DNA of 64,000 bases. Origin: Escherichia coli O157:H7 (lineage in GTDB: Bacteria; Pseudomonadota; Gammaproteobacteria; Enterobacterales; Enterobacteriaceae). The stretch is taken from NCBI RefSeq assembly GCF_013167455.1, contig NZ_CP038328.1; one strand, given 5' to 3'. Of the stretch, positions 8,129-18,395 are shown piece after piece. The translations under genes and the position numbers were made by a program. A model generated the notes under the pieces. It was not told where the DNA came from. It worked only from the letters and a program-made list of their open reading frames with translations, and searched no databases. Within the stretch, counting starts at the first letter, position 1; each line of letters starts with the position of its first letter.

Positions 8129-10097
8129 ATCCTGGTTCAGGATGCAAGCTGGGGGGCCGGGTGACGCGGATATTTATATTTATGACGAGATTGGTTTCTG
8201 GGGAGTTACCGCGAAGCAGTTTGTCAGCGAACTGAATGCACTGGGTGATATCACCCACATTAATCTCCATATCAATTCACCGGGTGGCGATGTCTTTGAA
8301 GGCATCGCCATTTTTAATGCCCTGAAAAATCAGGGGGCGACCATTACCGTGTATGTGGATGGCGTTGCCGCCTCGATGGCATCTGTGATTGCGATGGCCG
8401 GTGATACGGTCATTATGCCGGAAAATGCCTTCATGATGATCCATAAGCCATGGGGATTCAGTGGCGGGGATGCTGAGGATATGCGCAGTTATGCCGATTT
8501 GCTGGATAAAGTCGAATCGGTACTGTTGCCAGCCTATGCGCAGAAAACCGGAAAAACCACCGATGAAATTGCCGCCATGCTGGCGGATGAAACCTGGATG
8601 TCCGGTGCCGAATGTCTGGCACACGGATTTGCTGACCAGGTGACACCCGCTGTTGAGGCAATGGCATGTATTCAGTCAAAACGTACAGAGGAATTTAAAA
8701 AGATGCCGGAATCCATCCGAAACATGATTACTCCGCCACGCAACAGTGCCCCGCGTGATACCACAGTGACAATCCCTGCACCGGCGGTAACAGAACCATC
8801 ACCGGTACCGGCAGTGTCTGATGAGGCGACCATTCGCGCCCGCGTTATGGCTGAGCAGAAAGCCCGCATGTCAGGCATTAACGATCTGTTTGCCATGTTC
8901 GGCGGTCGCTATCAGACGCTTCAGGCACAGTGCGTGGCTGATCCTGACTGTTCGCTGGAAATGGCCCGTGAACGTCTGCTGAATGAAATGGGCAAGGAGT
9001 CCTCGCCGACCAACAAAAATACACCGGCCCATATTTATGCCGGAAACGGCAATTTTGTGGGGGACGGGATCCGCCAGGCGATGCTGGCCCGTGCCGGATT
9101 TGAAAATGTCGAGAAGGATAACGCCTATAACGGGATGACCCTGCGTGAATGGGCTCGCATGTCACTGACGGAGCGCGGTATTGGGGTGGCCAGTTATAAC
9201 CCCATGCAGATGGTCGGGCTGGCGCTGACGCACAGCACCTCTGATTTTGGCAATATTCTGCTGGATGTGTCGAACAAGGGGCTGATCCAGGGCTGGGAGG
9301 AATCAGAAGAAACCTTCCAGAAGTGGACCCGTAAGGGACGCCTGTCAGACTTCAAAACAGCGTATCGCGTGGGGATGGGCGGTTTTGGTTCTCTGCGCCA
9401 GGTTCGTGAGGGGGCGGAGTATAAATACATCACCACCTCAGATCGCAAGGAGACCATTGCACTGGCCACTTACGGGGAGATTTTCTCCATCACCCGCCAG
9501 GCCATTATCAATGATGATCTGAATATGCTGGTGGACGTGCCGATGAAGATGGGGCGTGCGGCGAAGGCAACGATTGGTGACCTGGTCTACAAGGTGCTGA
9601 CGGATAACCCGAAACTGTCCGACGGTAAGGCGCTGTTCCATGCCGATCACAAAAATATTGCCACCGGGGGGATCTCCGTTTCCGGACTGGATGCGGCCCG
9701 TCAGATGATGCGCCTGCAGAAAGAAGGCGATCGTGCCCTGAATATCCGTCCGGCCTTTATGCTGGTACCGGTGGCACTGGAGACGGTGGCGAACCAGACC
9801 ATCAAATCGGCCAGTGTGAAAGGGGCGGATGCAAACGCCGGTGTCATTAACCCTATCCAGAACTTTGCTGAGGTGATTGCAGAAGCGCGTCTTGATGCGG
9901 CAGACCCGAAAACCTGGTATCTGGCGGCGGCACAGGGCACTGACACCATTGAAGTGGCCTGGCTGGATGGTGTGGACACGCCATACATTGATCAGCAGGA
10001 AGGTTTCACCACTGACGGCATTGCCACAAAAATCCGTATTGATGCCGGAGTGGCACCACTTGACTGGCGCGGGCTGGTGCGTTCGTCGGTGGCCTGA
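8073..10097 (+). CDS. Fused prohead protease (ClpP/S49-like) and HK97-fold major capsid protein in a single ORF
   Basis: N-terminal ClpP-like peptidase motifs (HINSPGGDV..., AASMASVIAMAGD), C-terminal half with major-capsid-like sequence; GTG 8073 follows AGGAGG at 8062-8067 (alternative ATG at 8118); track ORF 7926..10097. Confidence 0.8.
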   Translation: MPELNDSISATPKASMKNKSWFRMQAGGPGDADIYIYDEIGFWGVTAKQFVSELNALGDITHINLHINSPGGDVFEGIAIFNALKNQGATITVYVDGVAASMASVIAMAGDTVIMPENAFMMIHKPWGFSGGDAEDMRSYADLLDKVESVLLPAYAQKTGKTTDEIAAMLADETWMSGAECLAHGFADQVTPAVEAMACIQSKRTEEFKKMPESIRNMITPPRNSAPRDTTVTIPAPAVTEPSPVPAVSDEATIRARVMAEQKARMSGINDLFAMFGGRYQTLQAQCVADPDCSLEMARERLLNEMGKESSPTNKNTPAHIYAGNGNFVGDGIRQAMLARAGFENVEKDNAYNGMTLREWARMSLTERGIGVASYNPMQMVGLALTHSTSDFGNILLDVSNKGLIQGWEESEETFQKWTRKGRLSDFKTAYRVGMGGFGSLRQVREGAEYKYITTSDRKETIALATYGEIFSITRQAIINDDLNMLVDVPMKMGRAAKATIGDLVYKVLTDNPKLSDGKALFHADHKNIATGGISVSGLDAARQMMRLQKEGDRALNIRPAFMLVPVALETVANQTIKSASVKGADANAGVINPIQNFAEVIAEARLDAADPKTWYLAAAQGTDTIEVAWLDGVDTPYIDQQEGFTTDGIATKIRIDAGVAPLDWRGLVRSSVA

Positions 10098-10184
10098 TAA
10101 CCGCGTTATCACAATCACTGCCCGAAAGGGCTTTTTTTATGCCTGAAAAACAGCCCCACAGGGGCTGTCCGGAGAAACAGCATT

Positions 10185-10511
10185 ATGGCGAAAAATTTTG
10201 TACAGGACGGTACCACCATTGAACTGGTGAATGCCGGAGATCAGACCATCCTGAGCGGTGCTGCGGTGGTGGTCGGCAGTATGGTGGCCGTGGCCATTAC
10301 CGATATTCCTGCCGGTGAGGCCGGTGACGGTTTTGCCGAAGGCGTGTTCCTGCTGCCCAAACAGTCTGCTGACGACATTCAGTCCGGCGCGGTGGTTTAT
10401 CTGAAGGACGGGGTTGTGCAGCTGGCTGCAGACGGTGCGGTGGCAGCGGGGGTAGCCTGGGAAAATGCCCCTGCAAACAGCGCCACTGTGGCGGTAAAAA
10501 TCAATGTCTGA
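10185..10511 (+). CDS. Putative head decoration/cement protein (small Gly/Ala/Val-rich beta protein)
   Basis: 108-aa ORF immediately after the capsid gene; composition typical of capsid accessory proteins; family not verified. Confidence 0.5.
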   Translation: MAKNFVQDGTTIELVNAGDQTILSGAAVVVGSMVAVAITDIPAGEAGDGFAEGVFLLPKQSADDIQSGAVVYLKDGVVQLAADGAVAAGVAWENAPANSATVAVKINV

Positions 10512-10785
10512 TCTGTTTACGCGAATGTGTTGCCGGATGGACGTGGCGACCGTTCGGGTGATGGGCAAACAGGCGGAGATTAACGGCGTCGTGTACGACG
10601 TGATGCCGGAGGAAGAGTCCGCGGAGATGGGGGCGCTTTCGGGCAGCCAGTTGTCACTGGTGGTGTTTTCAGCCCGGTACCGTCCGGCCCGTCATGATGT
10701 TGTTGTGTTTGCGGGGCGCACACTGACGGTGACCCGTTATGACACGTACAACGGTAAACCCCGGATTTTTGTCGAACAGGAATGA
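10504..10785 (+). CDS. Head-tail connector protein (lambda FII-like)
   Basis: 93 aa; weak pattern similarity to lambda FII; position between head and tail-completion genes; true start may be downstream. Confidence 0.5.
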   Translation: MSDLFTRMCCRMDVATVRVMGKQAEINGVVYDVMPEEESAEMGALSGSQLSLVVFSARYRPARHDVVVFAGRTLTVTRYDTYNGKPRIFVEQE

Positions 10786-11411
10786 GTATGGCAATAAAAG
10801 GTCTGGCGCAGGCCATGAAAAATCTGGATGCAATTGATCGCCGTGCCGTTCCCCGGGCCTCTGCCACGACACTGAACCGAGTGGCGGGGGCCATTATTGC
10901 GAAAACGGCCTCTTCAGTTGCCAGGGAGCTGGCCGTTCCCCGTCGTCTTATCCGTGCCCGCATCCGGTTAAGTCCGGCACGACCGGATAAGGTTTACGCA
11001 AAGGTTTACATCAATACCGGCAACCTGCCCGCCATCAAACTGGGGGAGGCCCGCGTTCGACTTTCCCGCAGAAAACGGAGAAAGAAAGGACAGCGTGCGG
11101 CCCTGAAAGGGGGCGGCAGTGTGCTGATTGTGGGGAAAAGACGGATCCCGGACGCCTTTATCACCCGGCTGGCTAACGGACGCTGGCATGTGATGCAGCG
11201 TATGCCGTGGGCATCATCATCCACCGGCGCGGACAGCAAAGGGAGGCCGAAACGCCACCGTCTGCCGATCGAAGTGGTGAAGATTACGACTGCCGGACCG
11301 CTGGCAGAAACCTTTGAACGTGAACGGGACCGGATGTACCGGGAAAAATTACCGGCGCAGATGATGAAAGCCATGACGCATCAGTTACGCCTGGTGCTGA
11401 AAAGAAAATGA
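10782..11411 (+). CDS. Z: Minor tail / tail completion protein Z
   Basis: Strong similarity to lambda Z (MAIKGL..., GGGSVL.VG.RRIP.AFI..L.NGRWHVMQR); alternative start at ATG 10788. Confidence 0.85.
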   Translation: MSMAIKGLAQAMKNLDAIDRRAVPRASATTLNRVAGAIIAKTASSVARELAVPRRLIRARIRLSPARPDKVYAKVYINTGNLPAIKLGEARVRLSRRKRRKKGQRAALKGGGSVLIVGKRRIPDAFITRLANGRWHVMQRMPWASSSTGADSKGRPKRHRLPIEVVKITTAGPLAETFERERDRMYREKLPAQMMKAMTHQLRLVLKRK

Positions 11412-11423
11412 CTGGGAGGGTGT

Positions 11424-11822
11424 ATGAAACACCGTGAAATACGGGCGGCAGTTCTGTCTGCCCTGAAAGAAAATATTTCTGAGAGGGTGAGCTGGTTTGA
11501 CGGTCGCCCGGTTTTTATTGATGAACAGGAACTGCCTGCTGTTGCTGTTTACCTGACAGATGCGTCTGCTGCTGACGAGTTCGTTGATGAGGGAACCTGG
11601 GAGGCGACACTGCATATTGAGGTTTTTCTCAGGGCAAAAGAACCGGACTCGGCACTGGATATGTGGATGGAAGAAAAAATTCTTCCTGCGCTGGAGGCAG
11701 TTCCCGGGCTCAGTGCATTACTGCTGAAGATGAATCTTCAGGGGTATGACTACCGCCGGGATGATGAGTTTATGATGTGGGGATCGGCAGATCTCCTGTG
11801 GAAAATTACCTACGAGATGTGA
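11424..11822 (+). CDS. U: Tail terminator protein U
   Basis: 132 aa; strong similarity to lambda U (MKH.E.RAAVL..., [13 protein letters not shown] end). Confidence 0.9.
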   Translation: MKHREIRAAVLSALKENISERVSWFDGRPVFIDEQELPAVAVYLTDASAADEFVDEGTWEATLHIEVFLRAKEPDSALDMWMEEKILPALEAVPGLSALLLKMNLQGYDYRRDDEFMMWGSADLLWKITYEM

Positions 11823-11829
11823 GGACGAT

Positions 11830-12582
11830 ATGGCAACACCAAATCCCCTTGAGCCGGTAAAAGGTGCCGGTACCACTCTGTGGGTTTACAACGGCAAGGG
11901 TGATGCTTATGCAAACCCGTTGTCAGACGATGACTGGCAGCGACTGGCTAAGGTGAAGGATCTGACGCCGGGCGAGATGACGGCAGAACCCTACGATGAT
12001 AACTACCTGGATGATGAAGACGCGGACTGGACCGCGACCGGGCAGGGGCAGAAGTCTGCAGGAGATACCAGTTTTACGCTGGCCTGGAAACCGGGAGAAG
12101 AAGGTCAGAAAGGGCTTATAGGCTGGTTTGAAAGCGGGGATGTGCGGGCCTATAAAATCCGTTTCCCAAATGGCACGGTGGATGTGTTCCGTGGCTGGGT
12201 CAGCAGTATCGGTAAGGCCGTGACGGCGAAAGAAGTGATCACCCGCACGGTGAAAGTCACTAACGTGGGCAAACCTTCCGTGGCGGAAGAACGCAGCGAA
12301 ATTACGCCGGCCACTGCAATTAAGGTGACACCGACATCCGGTACGGTGGCAAAAGGGAAAACAACCACCCTGACGGTTTCTTTTGAGCCGGAAAGTGCAA
12401 CCGACAAGACGTTCAGAGCGGTTTCCGCCGATCCGTCGAAAGCCACCATTAGTGTGAAAGATATGACAATTACGGTAAACGGCGTGGCGACAGGTAAGGT
12501 GCAGATCCCTGTGGTGAGCGGAAATGGTCAGTTCGCCGCAGTGGCTGAAGTCACCGTTACTGAAGCGGGCGCTGCAGGGTAA
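11830..12582 (+). CDS. V: Major tail protein V with C-terminal Ig-like (Big_2) domain
   Basis: 250 aa; near-identical stretches to lambda V ([47 protein letters not shown]). Confidence 0.9.
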   Translation: MATPNPLEPVKGAGTTLWVYNGKGDAYANPLSDDDWQRLAKVKDLTPGEMTAEPYDDNYLDDEDADWTATGQGQKSAGDTSFTLAWKPGEEGQKGLIGWFESGDVRAYKIRFPNGTVDVFRGWVSSIGKAVTAKEVITRTVKVTNVGKPSVAEERSEITPATAIKVTPTSGTVAKGKTTTLTVSFEPESATDKTFRAVSADPSKATISVKDMTITVNGVATGKVQIPVVSGNGQFAAVAEVTVTEAGAAG

Positions 12583-12595
12583 ACGGAGGTAATAC

Positions 12596-13018
12596 ATGTT
12601 TCTGAAAACAGAACAATTTGAATATAACGGTGTGTCCGTCACGCTTTCCGAATTGTCTGCGCTGCAGCGGTTTGATTATATAAAGTTTGTTTCAGACGCA
12701 GAACAACAGGAGACAACGAAGCATGATGTCGTGCACATTAACCAGCGATATCTGGAAACGGCATCCCTGCTTGTGGCGATGTCGCTATGGCATTCCCATT
12801 CCCTCAAAGGCACTCTGGCCTCTCCGGAGACAGAGATGCAGCAGATCCGCCGTGAAGTGATGCTGGGATGGCCTGCTGATGCACTGAATCAGGCAACGAA
12901 CCGGGTGCTTTATCTTTCAGGTATGCTGGATAACCGGCACGATGCCGATCCTGAACAAACCGGTAAAGCAGAAGCGACTGAGTCGGTAACATCAAAAAAG
13001 CATTCGAAGGCGAGCTGA
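12596..13018 (+). CDS. G: Tail assembly chaperone G
   Basis: 140 aa; similarity to lambda G (MFLKTE.FE.NGV.VTLSELSALQR, LVAMSLWH). Confidence 0.9.
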   Translation: MFLKTEQFEYNGVSVTLSELSALQRFDYIKFVSDAEQQETTKHDVVHINQRYLETASLLVAMSLWHSHSLKGTLASPETEMQQIRREVMLGWPADALNQATNRVLYLSGMLDNRHDADPEQTGKAEATESVTSKKHSKAS

Positions 13019-13353
13019 ACTTTGTCCTGAAACTGGCGCGAGAGATGGGGAGACCCGACTGGCGCGCCATGCTTGCCGGGATGACATCCACCGAATATGC
13101 CGACTGGCGACGTTTTTACTGCACGCATTATTTTCAGGATACCCAACTGGACGCTCATTTTTCCGGGCTGATGTACGCCGTACTCAGCCTGTTTTTTGGC
13201 GATCCGGATATGCATCCGGCGGATTTCAGTCTGCTTGCTCCAGCGTGTGAGGAAGAGCAGACGGAGATGCCGGACGAGGAAGAAATGCTGATGCAGAAAG
13301 CGACAGGAGTTGCCGGTGGAGTCCGTTTCGGGGAGGAGGGAAGGAGGTTGTGA
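12596..13353 (+). CDS. T: Tail assembly chaperone G-T fusion produced by -1 programmed ribosomal frameshift at slippery heptamer A AAA AAG (12994-13000)
   Basis: Reading the -1 frame after the heptamer gives KKAFEGELNFVLKLAREMGRPDWRAM..., matching the lambda G-T junction and T sequence; the T-frame ORF runs to 13353. Confidence 0.75.
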
Positions 13354-13396
13354 CAGTTATTGATGGTATCAGAGGACATTTCAGGAGGTGACCACG

Positions 13397-16042
13397 ATGG
13401 CAGGTAATTTTGCCGATCTGACAGCCGTGCTGACACTGGATTCTGCCCGTTTTTCTGAAGAGGCAGCGCGGGTAAAAAAAGAGCTGGGTGAAACCAGTGC
13501 GCTTGCTGATTTGATGTCCGGGAAAGTCAGTCAGTCTTTCAGAAAACAGGCTGATGCTGCTGAGCAGAGTCTGAGCCGACAGGCGCTGGCTGCACAAAAA
13601 GCCGGGATATCAGTCGGACAGTATAAGGCTGCCATGCGCACACTGCCCGCACAGTTCACGGATATTGTCACTCAGCTTGCCGGTGGTCAGAATCCCTTCC
13701 TTATCATGCTGCAGCAGGGGGGGCAGATCAGCGATTCATTCGGTGGACCGCTCAGCCTGCTTACCCTGCTGAAGGAGGAACTTCTCGGGATCAGGGATGC
13801 CTCTGAATCATCAGAGGAGTCGCTGTCAGATACGGCAAATGCACTGGCTGAAAATGCCCGGAATGCCGGTGAGCTGGGACGATTTATGTCGGTGGCCCGT
13901 GTGGCGGCCGGTGGCGGGGTTGCCGTACTGGCCGCGCTTGCTGCCGCCGCCTGGCAGGCAGAGCAGGCTGACCGGGCCTTATTGCGTTCACTGATCCTGA
14001 CCGGAGGGGCGGCTGCCACCACAACGGCAGAATTGTGGAAAATGGCCGGGGTGATCAGCGATGAAGCCGGTGGTGGTATCAGACAGGCGGCAGAAAATCT
14101 GGCCCGTCTGGCAGAAAGCGGGAAATATACCGCCGGGCAGCTACGGATCATGGGGGAAACCTCTCAGAGATGGCTGCAGACGGTGGGGGACGATGCCGGG
14201 AAGGTGGAAAAAGCCTTTGAAGGGATTGCAGCAGATCCGGTGAAGGCGCTGGCCTCCCTGAATCAGCAGTATAACTTCCTGAGCGTTTCCCAGTTACGCC
14301 ATATTGATGAGCTTGAGCGCACGAAAGGTAAACAGGTTGCGGTGACGGAGGCGATGTCCCTGTTTGCGGATGTCATGAATGCACGTCTGGAGCAACTTGA
14401 TAAAGCGGCCACGCCGGTGGAAAAAATCTGGGACGATGTTAAAACCTGGACTTCTGACGCATGGGCATGGATAGGTGATCATACACTGGGGGCACTCAGT
14501 CTGATCACTGACGTGGTGGCCGGAACCGTTGAACAAGTGAAGCTGCTGCTTGTGCAGGGGGATCTGGCGCTGGCTGAATTTATTCAGTCAGCCTGGGAAA
14601 CGACAAAGAATGTGCCCGGCGTTGGTGCGTTGTTTGGTGAACTGGCAGAAGAGAACCGCGTATTTATTGAGAAAACAAAACGCGATGAACTGGCGCTGAG
14701 AAAATCCATTGCGGAACGGGATGCGCGTATACGCCAGGGGGAAATGGGGTACATCAACCGCTCGCGTGCAACAGGCGTCAGCAAAGGTCCGGGGCAGCAG
14801 GAAGCCGTCAGCCGTCTGGCTGAAGAGCTGACAGGTAAAAAGCATACATCACCGAAAACGCGCTCTGCCGGGGAGAGGGAAGAGGAGCAGGCAAGAGAGG
14901 CTCTGCTTGCCCTTGAAGCTGAGCTCAGGACGCTGGAAAAACACAGCGGTGCGAATGAGAAAATCAGCCGGCAGCGCCGTGATTTATGGAAGGCGGAAAG
15001 TCAGTATGCGGTCCTGAAAGAGGCTGCCACGAAACGACAGTTATCTGAGCAGGAAAAATCCCTGCTGGCGCATAAAGACGAGACGCTGGAGTACAAACGC
15101 CAGCTGGCTGAGCTGGGCGACAAGGTTGAATACCAGAAACGCCTGAATGAGCTGGCACAGCAGGCGGTGCGGTTTGAAGAGCAGCAGAGCGCGAAGCAGG
15201 CCGCCATCAGCGCAAAAGCCCGCGGTCTCACTGACCGTCAGGCGCAGCGGGAGTCTGAAGCGCAGCGTCTTCGGGACGTGTACGGTGATAATCCGGCTGC
15301 GCTGGCGAAGGCCACATCGGCACTGAAGAACACCAGGTCTGCGGAGGAGCAGCTTCGTGGAAGCTGGATGGCCGGGCTGAAGTCCGGCTGGGGCGAGTGG
15401 GCGGAAAGTGCGACGGACAGTTTTTCGCAGGTTAAAAGTGCTGCCACGCAGACCTTTGACGGTATTGCACAGAATATGGCGGCGATGCTGACCGGTGCAG
15501 AGGCAGACTGGCGGGGATTCACCCGTTCGGTGCTGTCCATGATGACAGAAATCCTGCTTAAACAGGCCATGGTGGGCATTGTCGGGCGTATCGGCAGCGC
15601 CATTGGCGGTGCTTTCGGTGGTGGTGCATCTGCTTCCTCGGGGACGGCCATTCAGGCTGCGGCGGCGAACTTCCATTTCGCGACCGGAGGATTTACGGGG
15701 ACGGGCGGCAAATATGAGCCTGCGGGGATAGTTCACCGCGGGGAGTTTGTTTTCACGAAAGAGGCAACCAGCCGGATAGGTGTGGGGAATCTTTACCGTC
15801 TGATGCGCGGCTATGCGGAAGGTGGTTATGTGGGTGGTGCCGGAAGTCCGGCGCAGATGCGGCGGGCGGAAGGTATTAATTTTAATCAGAACAATCACGT
15901 GGTGATTCAGAACGACGGCACCAACGGACAGGCGGGGCCGCAGCTGATGAAGGCGGTGTATGACATGGCCCGCAAGGGGGCGCAGGATGAGCTCCGGCTG
16001 CAGTTGCGTGATGGCGGTATGTTATCGGGGAGCGGGCGATGA
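13397..16042 (+). CDS. H: Tail tape measure protein H
   Basis: About 880 aa; long stretches near-identical to lambda H (SLSRQALAAQKAGISVGQYKAAMR..., HAGANEKIS.QRRDLWKAESQ..., C-terminal GGFTGTGGKYEPAGIVHRGEFVFTKEATSRIGVGNLYRLMRGYA); ATG 13397 follows AGGAGG at 13383-13388; track starts at GTG 13388. Confidence 0.9.
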   Translation: MAGNFADLTAVLTLDSARFSEEAARVKKELGETSALADLMSGKVSQSFRKQADAAEQSLSRQALAAQKAGISVGQYKAAMRTLPAQFTDIVTQLAGGQNPFLIMLQQGGQISDSFGGPLSLLTLLKEELLGIRDASESSEESLSDTANALAENARNAGELGRFMSVARVAAGGGVAVLAALAAAAWQAEQADRALLRSLILTGGAAATTTAELWKMAGVISDEAGGGIRQAAENLARLAESGKYTAGQLRIMGETSQRWLQTVGDDAGKVEKAFEGIAADPVKALASLNQQYNFLSVSQLRHIDELERTKGKQVAVTEAMSLFADVMNARLEQLDKAATPVEKIWDDVKTWTSDAWAWIGDHTLGALSLITDVVAGTVEQVKLLLVQGDLALAEFIQSAWETTKNVPGVGALFGELAEENRVFIEKTKRDELALRKSIAERDARIRQGEMGYINRSRATGVSKGPGQQEAVSRLAEELTGKKHTSPKTRSAGEREEEQAREALLALEAELRTLEKHSGANEKISRQRRDLWKAESQYAVLKEAATKRQLSEQEKSLLAHKDETLEYKRQLAELGDKVEYQKRLNELAQQAVRFEEQQSAKQAAISAKARGLTDRQAQRESEAQRLRDVYGDNPAALAKATSALKNTRSAEEQLRGSWMAGLKSGWGEWAESATDSFSQVKSAATQTFDGIAQNMAAMLTGAEADWRGFTRSVLSMMTEILLKQAMVGIVGRIGSAIGGAFGGGASASSGTAIQAAAANFHFATGGFTGTGGKYEPAGIVHRGEFVFTKEATSRIGVGNLYRLMRGYAEGGYVGGAGSPAQMRRAEGINFNQNNHVVIQNDGTNGQAGPQLMKAVYDMARKGAQDELRLQLRDGGMLSGSGR

Positions 16043-16368
16043 AAACCTTTCGCTGGAAAGTGAAGCCGGATATGGAGGTGAACTCGCAGCCATCGGTGCG
16101 TGAAGTGCGTTTTGGTGACGGGTACTCACAGCGTATGGCGGCAGGGCTGAATGCTGACCTGAAAACATACCGTGTGACGCTTTCCGTGACCCGGGAGGAG
16201 GCCCGGCATCTGGAAGCGTTCCTGGCAGAGCACGGAGGCTGGAAGGCATTTTTGTGGAAGCCACCCTATGCATACCGGCAGATAAAGGTGACCTGTGCCG
16301 GGTGGTCTGCGCGGGTCGGGATGTTGCGCGTTGAGTTCAGCGCGGAGTTTAAGCAGGTGGTGAACTGA
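16039..16368 (+). CDS. M: Minor tail protein M
   Basis: 109 aa; position and similarity to lambda M. Confidence 0.9.
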   Translation: MKTFRWKVKPDMEVNSQPSVREVRFGDGYSQRMAAGLNADLKTYRVTLSVTREEARHLEAFLAEHGGWKAFLWKPPYAYRQIKVTCAGWSARVGMLRVEFSAEFKQVVN

Positions 16369-17066
16369 TGCAGGATATTCACGAAGAAAGTCTGAACGAG
16401 TCGGTTAAATCAGAGCAGTCACCGCGGGTGGTGCTCTGGGAAATCGACCTGACGGTGCAGGGTGGTGAGCGGTATTTTTTCTGCAATGAGCTGAATGAAA
16501 AAGGGGAGGCGGTTACCTGGCAGGGGCGGGAATATCAGGCATACCCGATTGACGGCAGCGGTTTTGAGATGAACGGGAAGGGCAGCAGTGCCCGCCCGTC
16601 GCTGACGGTGTCGAATCTGTTCGGTCTGGTCACCGGAATGGCGGAGGACCTGCAGAGCCTGGTGGGGGCCACGGTGGTCCGCCGCCGGGTGTATGCCCGT
16701 TTTCTGGATGCGGTGAATTTTGTGGCGGGCAATCCGGAAGCGGACCCGGAGCAGGAGCTGAGCGACCGCTGGGTGGTGGAGCAGATGTCAGAGCTGACGG
16801 CCATGACAGCCTCGTTTGTGCTGGCAACACCGACGGAGACGGACGGAGCGCTGTTTCCCGGTCGCATTATGCTGGCGAATACCTGTATGTGGGATTACCG
16901 GGGAGATGAATGCGGGTATAACGGTCCTGCGGTGGCGGATGAGTTCGACAACCCCACCACGGATATCCGTAAGGACAGATGCAGCAAGTGCATGCGCGGG
17001 TGTGAGATGCGCAGCATGGTGGCTAATTTTGGCGGTTTCCTTTCCATCAATAAACTTTCGCAGTAA
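16368..17066 (+). CDS. L: Minor tail protein L
   Basis: 232 aa; position and similarity to lambda L; C-terminal Cys cluster. Confidence 0.9.
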   Translation: MQDIHEESLNESVKSEQSPRVVLWEIDLTVQGGERYFFCNELNEKGEAVTWQGREYQAYPIDGSGFEMNGKGSSARPSLTVSNLFGLVTGMAEDLQSLVGATVVRRRVYARFLDAVNFVAGNPEADPEQELSDRWVVEQMSELTAMTASFVLATPTETDGALFPGRIMLANTCMWDYRGDECGYNGPAVADEFDNPTTDIRKDRCSKCMRGCEMRSMVANFGGFLSINKLSQ

Positions 17067-17076
17067 ATCCTGTTTT

Positions 17077-17820
17077 ATGACACAGACTGAATCAGCGATT
17101 CTGGTGCATGCCCGGCGGTGTGCGCCTGCGGAGTCGTGCGGCTTCGTGATAGGCACCCCGGAGGGCGAACGGTACCAGCCCTGCGTGAATATCTCCGCAG
17201 AGCCGGAGGCGTATTTTCGTATTGCGCCGGAAGACTGGCTGCAGGCAGAGATGCAGGGGGAGATTGTGGCGCTGGTTCACAGCCACCCTGGTGGTCTGCC
17301 CTGGCTGAGCGAGGCCGACCGGCGGCTGCAGATAAAGAGTGCCCTGCCCTGGTGGCTGGTCTGCCGGGGGGAAATTCATAAATTCCGCTGTGTGCCGCAC
17401 CTGACCGGGCGTCGTTTTGAGCACGGGGTGACGGACTGTTACACCCTGTTCCGGGATGCATACCATCTGGCGGGGATAACGCTGCCGGATTTTGAGCGTG
17501 AGGATGACTGGTGGCGCAACGGTCAGAACCTTTACCTGGACAATATGGCGGCGACTGGTTTTTACCGGGTGCCCCTGTCCTCTGCACAGGCGGGCGATAT
17601 CCTGCTGTGCTGCTTTGGCGCATCGGTGGCCAATCATGCCGCCATATACTGCGGCAACGGTGAACTGCTTCACCATCTGCCTGAACAACTGAGTAAACGG
17701 GAGAGGTATTCTGAAAAATGGCAACGACGAACGCATTCTGTCTGGCGTCACCGCCACTGGCACGCATCTGCCTTCACGGGGATTTGCAACGATTTGGCCG
17801 CCGCCTCAGCCTGTACGTGA
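17077..17820 (+). CDS. K: Tail assembly protein K (NlpC/P60-JAB-like)
   Basis: Starts MTQTESAIL.HARRCAPAESCGFV, as lambda K; track ORF 16816..17820 begins upstream at an alternative start. Confidence 0.9.
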   Translation: MTQTESAILVHARRCAPAESCGFVIGTPEGERYQPCVNISAEPEAYFRIAPEDWLQAEMQGEIVALVHSHPGGLPWLSEADRRLQIKSALPWWLVCRGEIHKFRCVPHLTGRRFEHGVTDCYTLFRDAYHLAGITLPDFEREDDWWRNGQNLYLDNMAATGFYRVPLSSAQAGDILLCCFGASVANHAAIYCGNGELLHHLPEQLSKRERYSEKWQRRTHSVWRHRHWHASAFTGICNDLAAASACT

Positions 17821-18395
17821 ACACGGCAGCGGAAGCCATCCGTGCCCTGTCGCTGCAGATGCCGGGATTCCGCCGTCAGATGAACGAAGGCTGGTACCAG
17901 ATACGTATTCGCGGTGAGGACACGGCACCGGAGGCGGTGTACGCCCGTCTTCACGAACCTCTGGGTGAGGGGGCGGTCATCCATATTGTGCCGCGACTGG
18001 CCGGGGCCGGAAAGGGTGGACTGCAGATTGTGCTGGGGGCGGCAGCCATCGTGGGCTCTTTCTTCACGGCCGGGGCATCAATGGCGTTATGGGGTTCAGC
18101 CCTGGCAGCCGGTGGTTTTTCTGCCACCACGATGCTGTTCTCACTGGGTGCCAGCATGATACTGGGCGGTGTGGCCCAGATGCTGGCACCGAAGGCAAAA
18201 ACACCGGAGTACAGGGCGACGGATAACGGTAAACAGAACACGTATTTTTCGTCACTGGATAACATGATTGCCCAGGGGAACCCGATGCCGGTGCCTTATG
18301 GTGAAATGCTGGTTGGTTCACGACGGATATCCCAGGACATCAGCACCCGTGATGAGGGCGGAGACGGGAAAGTGGTGGTTATCGGGCGGGGATGA
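17718..18395 (+). CDS. I: Tail assembly protein I
   Basis: 225 aa; similarity to lambda I (ARICL.GDLQRFGRR, QNTYFSSLDNM.AQGN); overlaps the K 3' end as in lambda. Confidence 0.9.
   Translation: MATTNAFCLASPPLARICLHGDLQRFGRRLSLYVNTAAEAIRALSLQMPGFRRQMNEGWYQIRIRGEDTAPEAVYARLHEPLGEGAVIHIVPRLAGAGKGGLQIVLGAAAIVGSFFTAGASMALWGSALAAGGFSATTMLFSLGASMILGGVAQMLAPKAKTPEYRATDNGKQNTYFSSLDNMIAQGNPMPVPYGEMLVGSRRISQDISTRDEGGDGKVVVIGRG

Noticed and set aside
15041-15898. 285-aa minus-strand ORF
   Set aside because: Antisense to the tape measure gene H
17075-17767. 230-aa and 223-aa minus-strand ORFs
   Set aside because: Antisense to tail genes K and I, which are supported by lambda homology
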